Positions 58,893-64,000 of a stretch of 64,000 nucleotides of DNA are shown here, in pieces. The first letter of the stretch is position 1; each line of letters begins with the position of its first letter. Location of the stretch: positions 18,751 through 82,750 of IMG/VR virus record IMGVR_UViG_3300049491_000350, one strand, 5' to 3'. This DNA comes from a virus. The notes under the pieces are model-generated. The model did no database searches. It was not told where the DNA came from and worked only from the letters and a program-made list of their open reading frames with translations. The translations under genes and the position numbers were made by a program.

Positions 58893-59555
58893 TTTTACGG
58901 GGTAAACAAAGCGAATATTATGACCCCATTTGCGTTTGCTATAATCTTCGCCAGATTCATGGAACGAGAAAGTAAAGCCTGCAACATTATCGGAAAGAAG
59001 GCTGTTATTGAACTGGTGTATAATGCTTTTATGTTGTTCTGACCAGTCAATAGTTTTATCGTTTTCATTTATCCAGCCAATTTCCTTACCGTATGAAGTG
59101 AAAACAATAGTGTTAATCAAATCAACCTTAATAGCAATCAAACCTTTGGATATTACAAACGGGTTGCCAATGATAATGCAGTTAAGCGTTTCTGCACCTC
59201 TCCAATTGTTTACGCTTTTGCCAGACTGAATAATGTCAGCAAGTTCCTCCACTGGCATATCATAATGCGAAGCCATGCCTGCAATGCTTATCCAGTTATT
59301 TACAAATTCAATGTAAACCCTCTCTGGCTTTACAGTCCTGATATTCTGTTTGGTTATCTTGTTAGCTTCCTTTTCATCTACATTTTCAAATGTAGAGACA
59401 TTGAACTGGTGAAGCAATTTATTGTCAGTGCGCCTGTATATTGAAAAGATTCCAGCAGTTTCAATACCATAGTTGTAAGTCCTCCGCTTGCCTTTGTAGT
59501 AAGCGTAACGTTCTTTGTTTGAACGGATAATTATTTCCTGTATTTTCTTGTCCAT
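58887..59555 (-). CDS. Hypothetical early protein
   Basis: 222 aa; ends GGT TAA inside HH-B stem I. Confidence 0.7.
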   Translation of the reverse strand: MDKKIQEIIIRSNKERYAYYKGKRRTYNYGIETAGIFSIYRRTDNKLLHQFNVSTFENVDEKEANKITKQNIRTVKPERVYIEFVNNWISIAGMASHYDMPVEELADIIQSGKSVNNWRGAETLNCIIIGNPFVISKGLIAIKVDLINTIVFTSYGKEIGWINENDKTIDWSEQHKSIIHQFNNSLLSDNVAGFTFSFHESGEDYSKRKWGHNIRFVYPVKG

Positions 59556-59562
59556 TTTGTTT

Positions 59563-59590
59563 GAGTGCCTGTTATAGACTGCACCTGTCT
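59563..59590 (-). repeat. Leader-only copy of the array repeat (no ribozyme)
   Basis: AGACaggtgcaGTCTataacaggcactc directly after the upstream TAA. Confidence 0.85.
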
Positions 59591-60157
59591 TTAGTTTTTA
59601 AAATATTTTACAAAGTATTCTCTGGCTGCTTTTTTGTATTCATCCTCACCACTTTCAAAGTCGCTAACCATCATCGCCAGAGATTCACATTCTGGAGATT
59701 TGCACCAGCCCATTTGAAACTCATTGTACTTTTCAAAGTATTCTTTGTCAGTATCACCCGGCTTTAATGTTATAAAGCCAAGCAGAGACACAAGCGATTC
59801 TATACTGTCCTGTGCAAACATTGTAGATGGCTTAAAGTCTATGCCTTCAAACAATATCTCATCACCTAAGCATACAGTATAGTCAACTTTTTCTCCACCA
59901 ATGTAAACAAGGTAAGCAGAGAGGTTAAGGTCAGGAATCTCTAAGCCACAAAGAAAGTTGTCATCATCCATTATAAATTCCTTTACAGATTCAATTGCAT
60001 CTTCAAACTCAATCCTTGTTTTAGGAGTTCTTTTATGTCCAAATTCTTTGAACAAATCCCATGCAACAGATTCACTTCTTTCATCAATCTGCGTAGTGTC
60101 AATCACCTTATCATTTCCATTAAGGTAAGTAACATTGTAAACGGTTCTATGTTTCAT
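59591..60157 (-). CDS. Hypothetical early protein (true start MKHR at 60157)
   Basis: Acidic; SLLGFITLKPGDTDKEYFEKY; ATG 44 nt after the HH-C cleavage site. Confidence 0.7.
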   Translation of the reverse strand: MKHRTVYNVTYLNGNDKVIDTTQIDERSESVAWDLFKEFGHKRTPKTRIEFEDAIESVKEFIMDDDNFLCGLEIPDLNLSAYLVYIGGEKVDYTVCLGDEILFEGIDFKPSTMFAQDSIESLVSLLGFITLKPGDTDKEYFEKYNEFQMGWCKSPECESLAMMVSDFESGEDEYKKAAREYFVKYFKN

Positions 60158-60195
60158 GCGTTGTATGTGCCTGTTATAGTCTGCACCTGACTTTT

Positions 60196-60247
60196 GATTA
60201 AGACTGGCTTGCGCCAGTTTCGCCGCATGACGGCTCATCAGTTAACC
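60196..60247 (-). ncRNA. Type I hammerhead ribozyme HH-C
   Basis: GGUUAA CUGAUGA GCCG ucaug CGGC GAAA CUGGC gcaa GCCAG UC^ UUAAUC (G-U pair in stem I). Confidence 0.93.
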
Positions 60248-60796
60248 TTCCTTCTCATCAGTGTGAGGGAAAAACCTGCCATCTCTGGTAAAATAATATT
60301 CGTTTATTATGATAGTTTCCTTTACTGATTCTTCCCCGGTAAGGTAGTCGTATTCATTGCTTAATATAGTAAGGTAGTCTCCTGCAATTTCTTCTTTGAA
60401 CTCATCATCAATAGTATCAACTTCATTGTCAAAATCATACTCATTCTCTGGTGTAACAGTAGTTTTATCTGTGCCATCAGAATACTTTTCAACCAGAGCA
60501 TTGTATGCCAGCCTATGCTTCATTGCAGTTTTGTATGTGTCGCAACTTTCGCCATGCTCTTTAATAATAAGGTCAACAGTGTCAGATGCTGTATTTGACA
60601 GGACAATGCTGCAAAACCTACCTCTATCAATATCAAACCCATTAATCTTAATGCCAACATTTTCAGCATCTGAATAGATGTTTTCATACCATCTGTCATC
60701 TACATTTATGTTTGCAAAATGATTCATTGCAACCTCTTTCGCTTTGTCGTTAAGTTCTTCAAACTTGAAAACTTTTGTTCTTATTGTTTTACTCAT
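60242..60796 (-). CDS. Acidic hypothetical early protein (true start MSKT at 60796)
   Basis: VFKFEELNDKAKEVA...EYDYLTGEESVKETIIINEYYFTRDG, a pattern I recognise from a widespread uncharacterised phage/plasmid family. Confidence 0.7.
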   Translation of the reverse strand: MSKTIRTKVFKFEELNDKAKEVAMNHFANINVDDRWYENIYSDAENVGIKINGFDIDRGRFCSIVLSNTASDTVDLIIKEHGESCDTYKTAMKHRLAYNALVEKYSDGTDKTTVTPENEYDFDNEVDTIDDEFKEEIAGDYLTILSNEYDYLTGEESVKETIIINEYYFTRDGRFFPHTDEKEG

Positions 60797-60835
60797 AACA
60801 TTATTGCAGCCTGTTATAGTGTGCGCCTCACTTTT

Positions 60836-60895
60836 GGTTAATACGCTGCTGCAATTACAGCAGCGTTTCAGGTATTGAACCCTCATCAGTTAACC
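60836..60895 (-). ncRNA. Type I hammerhead ribozyme HH-D (GUA cleavage triplet)
   Basis: GGUUAA CUGAUGA GGGU ucaau ACCU GAAA CGCUGCUG uaauug CAGCAGCG UA^ UUAACC. Confidence 0.88.
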
Positions 60896-61308
60896 TCGCC
60901 GTCTTTTTTGAAGCATAACTTTCCGTAAGCAGATGCAATATTGAAAAAGTGCGTTTCCTCGGTAGGGTGTATTGTAATTTCAGTTAAACTTTTACCGGGA
61001 GTGCCAATTTTAATACTGTCAACAGTAATGTAAGAACGCTTTGAATATTCTGAAATAGCCTGCTTTAACAATACAGCATAATCATTTGGAAGGTGCATAG
61101 TTGCAGGCTTAGTCCATATCGCTTTTTCTTTTTCCTGACCATGCTGCATTCCCATTTCAAAAATATCTGTTTGAGAAAAATCTCCGTTATCCGTTACGGA
61201 TATTTTGCCGTCATTAATTTCAGTTTCGCAAGCCAGATGGTTTTCAAGAAATTCCTTTGCGCCATCAGCGTTTTTGCCTAACTGTCTTTGGTCTAATAAT
61301 ATTTTCAT
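60886..61308 (-). CDS. Hypothetical early protein
   Basis: 140 aa; its TGA stop is the UGA of the HH-D catalytic core. Confidence 0.7.
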   Translation of the reverse strand: MKILLDQRQLGKNADGAKEFLENHLACETEINDGKISVTDNGDFSQTDIFEMGMQHGQEKEKAIWTKPATMHLPNDYAVLLKQAISEYSKRSYITVDSIKIGTPGKSLTEITIHPTEETHFFNIASAYGKLCFKKDGEVN

Positions 61309-61346
61309 ACACTATGTGTGCCTGTTATAGTCTGCACCTGACTTTT

Positions 61347-61400
61347 GATTAAGACTGGCATTGCTGCCAGTTTCGGGTACTGAACCCTCATCAGTTAATC
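61347..61400 (-). ncRNA. Type I hammerhead ribozyme HH-E
   Basis: GAUUAA CUGAUGA GGGU ucagu ACCC GAAA CUGGCA gcaa UGCCAG UC^ UUAAUC. Confidence 0.93.
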
Positions 61401-61655
61401 TTCCCACATCATTTGCTCTAATGTATCATAATCAGCATCTGGCTTTACAAAGTGCAGGCAGTCTATAATGTGGCAGTCAGTTCCTTCTTCACAGCCAGTA
61501 TAGTTTGTTATTGCCTGCATGTATATTTCAGGAACGTTTGGAATGCCTTTGTAAGGGCAATGTTGAAACGGGCAGCAATGCCCTGCTATTTCGATTTTAT
61601 TACAGCCAGCCAGCATAATGCAGGCAACTATAATGATTTTAATTTTGCTTCTCAT
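61395..61655 (-). CDS. Putative Cys-rich lipoprotein
   Basis: Probable start MRSKIKIIIVACIMLAG|C (lipobox); ends GAT TAA in HH-E stem I. Confidence 0.55.
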   Translation of the reverse strand: MRSKIKIIIVACIMLAGCNKIEIAGHCCPFQHCPYKGIPNVPEIYMQAITNYTGCEEGTDCHIIDCLHFVKPDADYDTLEQMMWED

Positions 61656-61962
61656 TTTCGATGTTGGTTTTATTTGTGTTATACTCATCAGTTGTAATTA
61701 ACCCCATGTCAAAATTGTCCTGATTCTCTTTAAGCCTTGCAGCTTTGTTCCCATCTGCTTCTGCTTTTTGCATTGCTACATATAAGTCAGCAATTTCTGC
61801 CATGCGTTTAAGTTCCTTCCGGGCAATCTCTTTTCCTTTTTCGTTGCCATCTTGCAATACAGTAAGGTAGTAAGGCAGAATGCCTACCCATGTTGGGGTG
61901 CAATCAATAACCCCAACAACCTTGCCTTTAATAACAGTTGTTTCTTGTTTTTTACTTTTCAT
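61639..61962 (-). CDS. Hypothetical early protein
   Basis: 107 aa; TPTWVGILP...ARKELKRMAEIAD. Confidence 0.7.
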   Translation of the reverse strand: MKSKKQETTVIKGKVVGVIDCTPTWVGILPYYLTVLQDGNEKGKEIARKELKRMAEIADLYVAMQKAEADGNKAARLKENQDNFDMGLITTDEYNTNKTNIENEKQN

Positions 61963-62004
61963 CGTTTATGAGTGCCTGTTATAGACTGCACCTGTCTTTT
62001 GGTT
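61963..62004 (-). repeat. Leader-only copy of the array repeat (no ribozyme)
   Basis: aaccaaaagacaggtgcagtctataacaggcactcataaacg-ATG, identical to the HH-B leader through the start codon. Confidence 0.88.
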
Positions 62005-62288
62005 TAATATTTTAATTCAGAAGTAATGTATCTGCATTCTTTTTCCAGCATTGAAATAAGAGATTCAAGTTGCCTTTCTTTTCTTTCAGCCAGCCTATAT
62101 AGCTCATCGGATTCATTAAACATTGAAAGGGTTAAATAGTGTCCTGCATTGTTATTGTACAAACCTTCGGCTAAAAGAATGCAGTCAATTACATGCTGGA
62201 AAAACTGTACAGCATTGCCATTTATTTCATCTTCATAAATGAATGCTCTGTTAAAAGCCTCCATCTGTATTTTTATTACTGACAACAT
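62004..62288 (-). CDS. Hypothetical early protein
   Basis: 94 aa; ATG 45 nt after the HH-F cleavage site. Confidence 0.65.
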   Translation of the reverse strand: MLSVIKIQMEAFNRAFIYEDEINGNAVQFFQHVIDCILLAEGLYNNNAGHYLTLSMFNESDELYRLAERKERQLESLISMLEKECRYITSELKY

Positions 62289-62327
62289 ATATTTTCAGCA
62301 GCCTGTTATAGTGTGCGCCTCACTTTT

Positions 62328-62387
62328 GGTTAAGACACTGCTGCAATGCCAGCAGTGTTTCGCCGTTTCACGGCTCATCAGTTAACC
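62328..62387 (-). ncRNA. Type I hammerhead ribozyme HH-F
   Basis: GGUUAA CUGAUGA GCCG ugaaa CGGC GAAA CACUGCUG gcauug CAGCAGUG UC^ UUAACC. Confidence 0.93.
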
Positions 62388-63338
62388 TTTTTTATTCCAG
62401 CCTAACAAGCCAGCAATGTATTCAATTTCGCTTACTGGTATGTGATGGCAACCCACTTCCAAAACGTCTTTAGTAGCTTTATTAACGTTGTATTCCAGCA
62501 TCTTGAAATTGCAATCTCCATCACAGCCGCCAGCAGCAACTATTCTGTTATAAAAGGCATAGTAACGCTTTGCAACATCGGTAGGAATATCTACCCCTTT
62601 GAATGTATTAACAACGTTACCGGATAGGCGCAAATAGGTTGTATTTTCATACCTTACTTGATTATAGTAAAACTCAAAATTTGTTTTCATTGCGCCTTTT
62701 ATAGATTCGGAAAACTCTGTTTTTGATTGCCCACTTTTCCAGCTATCAATAAACGATTGAAATACCTTTTTGCCAGCCTTCATCTTTTTGTCAAACGCTT
62801 TTGCTTGTGCAATCTTTTCTGCCTCCGCCGCCTTGTTTGCTTTGTCCATTGCCTCTTTAAATTCGCCAGCATTTGAAAAGCTAATTTCAGCCTGTTGTTT
62901 TGCCGATATTTCAATATTAAAAAATGCAGTGTATTTATTCAATAGTTCTTTTTGTGCATCTATTTGAGCCATGTAAATGGCAGGCTTACGAGCCGTTGTT
63001 AATTTGTTCTTTGCAATTGATACAATGTTAAAAATAAAGGAGGCAACATTGTTTGCATGGTAATTCCTTGCTGCCTCATCAGGATTCATGCAGTAGATTA
63101 TATCAAGATGAGACACTGCACTTTTTACCAGAGAGATATGACCGGAAGTTGTATTGCTGTAAGTACGTGTTGTAAACAATACAATGCCATTGTAATGGAC
63201 TGCAATAGGGAAGTGCCTGCCATAGCTGTAAATGGTATCACCATCGAAATAAAAATTGCCATGTGCAACCCTGCCTTCATCCTGCACTTTGTTTGCCCAA
63301 AAATGTGCAACCTGATTTGTTCCTAATATTCTTTTCAT
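62382..63338 (-). CDS. Hypothetical early protein
   Basis: 318 aa; VAHFWAN...IYSYGRHFPIA...YSNTTSGH...VGCHHI, a conserved-looking uncharacterised phage family. Confidence 0.75.
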   Translation of the reverse strand: MKRILGTNQVAHFWANKVQDEGRVAHGNFYFDGDTIYSYGRHFPIAVHYNGIVLFTTRTYSNTTSGHISLVKSAVSHLDIIYCMNPDEAARNYHANNVASFIFNIVSIAKNKLTTARKPAIYMAQIDAQKELLNKYTAFFNIEISAKQQAEISFSNAGEFKEAMDKANKAAEAEKIAQAKAFDKKMKAGKKVFQSFIDSWKSGQSKTEFSESIKGAMKTNFEFYYNQVRYENTTYLRLSGNVVNTFKGVDIPTDVAKRYYAFYNRIVAAGGCDGDCNFKMLEYNVNKATKDVLEVGCHHIPVSEIEYIAGLLGWNKKG

Positions 63339-63376
63339 AATTGTTGTGCGCCTGTTATAGTCTGCGGCTGACTTTT

Positions 63377-63436
63377 GGTTAAGACACTACTGCAATGCCA
63401 GCAGTGTTTCGCCGTTTCACGGCTCATCAGTTAACC
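63377..63436 (-). ncRNA. Type I hammerhead ribozyme HH-G
   Basis: GGUUAA CUGAUGA GCCG ugaaa CGGC GAAA CACUGCUG gcauug CAGUAGUG UC^ UUAACC. Confidence 0.93.
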
Positions 63437-63706
63437 TTTAATTTCTTCTCTCATTCTTTTAATCATTTGCAGTTCTGTATTAATGCAGCGTACATGGTGA
63501 AGCGTATAAATTTCGCCATGCAGCCATCCATTGCCGTTAGTAGCTTCCTTAACATCATTTAAAAATGATTCGGTTTGTTTAATAGCTCTCGTCATGTAAG
63601 CCTTTTTGCTTGCAATTGTTTTGTAGTCGCTAAGAATTTCGAGAGTGATTTTTTTTGTTTCACTTAGCGGAGTGATACGAGCTAAGTAGTTTTTAGAAGT
63701 TGACAT
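63431..63706 (-). CDS. Hypothetical early protein (first gene of the array)
   Basis: 91 aa; ends GGT TAA in HH-G stem I. Confidence 0.65.
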   Translation of the reverse strand: MSTSKNYLARITPLSETKKITLEILSDYKTIASKKAYMTRAIKQTESFLNDVKEATNGNGWLHGEIYTLHHVRCINTELQMIKRMREEIKG

Positions 63707-63713
63707 ATTTTTT

Positions 63714-63748
63714 GCCCGTCTGTTATAGTCTGCGGCTGACTGTTATAT
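63714..63748 (-). repeat. Leader-only copy at the head of the array
   Basis: tataacAGTCagccgcaGACTataacagacgggc upstream of the ATG at 63706. Confidence 0.8.
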
Positions 63749-63897
63749 TAAGAAAAAACACATATCAAATAGAGTGCGTTCCCTGAATCCGATATGCAAT
63801 ATTAGGACTATTCTTTTAATCAAACAATAAAAAGTTATCCACATAGCAGCAAAGCCACACATTTGCGCCAGCCACCTTATCAAACAAAAGGAGTGCA

Positions 63898-63975
63898 GAG
63901 CAGCCAGCATAGCAGCAGCCAGCGTAGCCAGTAGCATCAGCAGCAGGCAGGCAGCAGCCTGCCAGCAGCAGCAGT
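63898..63975. repeat. GC-rich degenerate (CAG/CCAG/GCAG)n low-complexity tract
   Basis: cagccagcatagcagcagccagcgtagccagtagcatcagcagcaggcaggcagcagcc... Confidence 0.7.
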
Positions 63976-64000
63976 TCCCCGGCAATCGTTCCGGGCAATC

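Larger units (their letters stand above)
2014..59610. promoter_or_regulatory. Dispersed 12-bp palindrome TAAAATATTTTA (about 20 perfect copies)
   Basis: Starts at 2014, 3116, 6641, 9331, 10989, 14990, 16509, 22201, 24344, 26688, 35647, 36288, 38278, 40418, 49250, 52468, 54965, 56543, 57090, 59599; most at gene junctions. Confidence 0.75.

Noticed and set aside
61645-61695. Eighth hammerhead-like CTGATGAG...CGAAA inside the 61639-61962 gene
   Set aside because: No convincing stem I, II or III and no correctly placed NUH; chance match or decayed relic.
58494-63748. Repeats interpreted as a CRISPR array
   Set aside because: The 'spacers' are whole genes of 0.2-1 kb, the repeats are about 80 bp and variable, and no cas genes are present.
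58494-63748. Repeats interpreted as integron attC sites (TAAC overlapping stop codons)
   Set aside because: No RYYYAAC...GTTRRRY pairing, no single long imperfect hairpin and no integrase; the hammerhead fold explains the conservation fully.
63743-63998. ORFs 63743-63985 and 63816-63998
   Set aside because: Low-complexity Cys/Ala/Leu translations of the CAG-rich tract; not credible proteins.
1-64000. Stop-codon reassignment as in some crAss-like phages
   Set aside because: Standard-code ORFs are long and tile the window densely; no fragmentation and no suppressor tRNA seen.

Overview
About 64 kb of a lytic-type tailed phage genome, most likely a crAss-like/podovirus-type phage of a Bacteroidota host (inferred from gene order, a Bacteroidota-like DnaG, A-rich SD-less starts and Gln+1 signal peptides). 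The + strand (1-46.8 kb) carries the virion and lysis module: terminase, GroES genes, portal, scaffold, major capsid, tail ring/muzzle proteins, ejection proteins including a 3170-aa giant, a CHAP endolysin, signal-peptide-bearing fibre/depolymerase genes and a membrane-protein lysis cluster. The - strand (46.8-64 kb) carries replication and early genes: primase, TOPRIM/TopoVI-A-like, ParB-like, HNH-AP2, PAPS-reductase-like and many small hypotheticals. The main discovery is at 58.5-63.75 kb. The early genes are punctuated by seven intact type I hammerhead ribozymes (CUGANGA...GAAA...GUH, all three stems covarying). Each starts at the stop codon of the upstream gene, and each predicted cleavage site lies 44-45 nt before the next ATG, ahead of a conserved hairpin leader that also occurs three times without a ribozyme. 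This looks like a self-processing polycistronic mRNA / ribozyme-delimited gene-cassette array. A 12-bp palindrome, TAAAATATTTTA, also occurs about 20 times, mostly at gene boundaries. All protein calls come from motif recognition by eye; no database searches were run.
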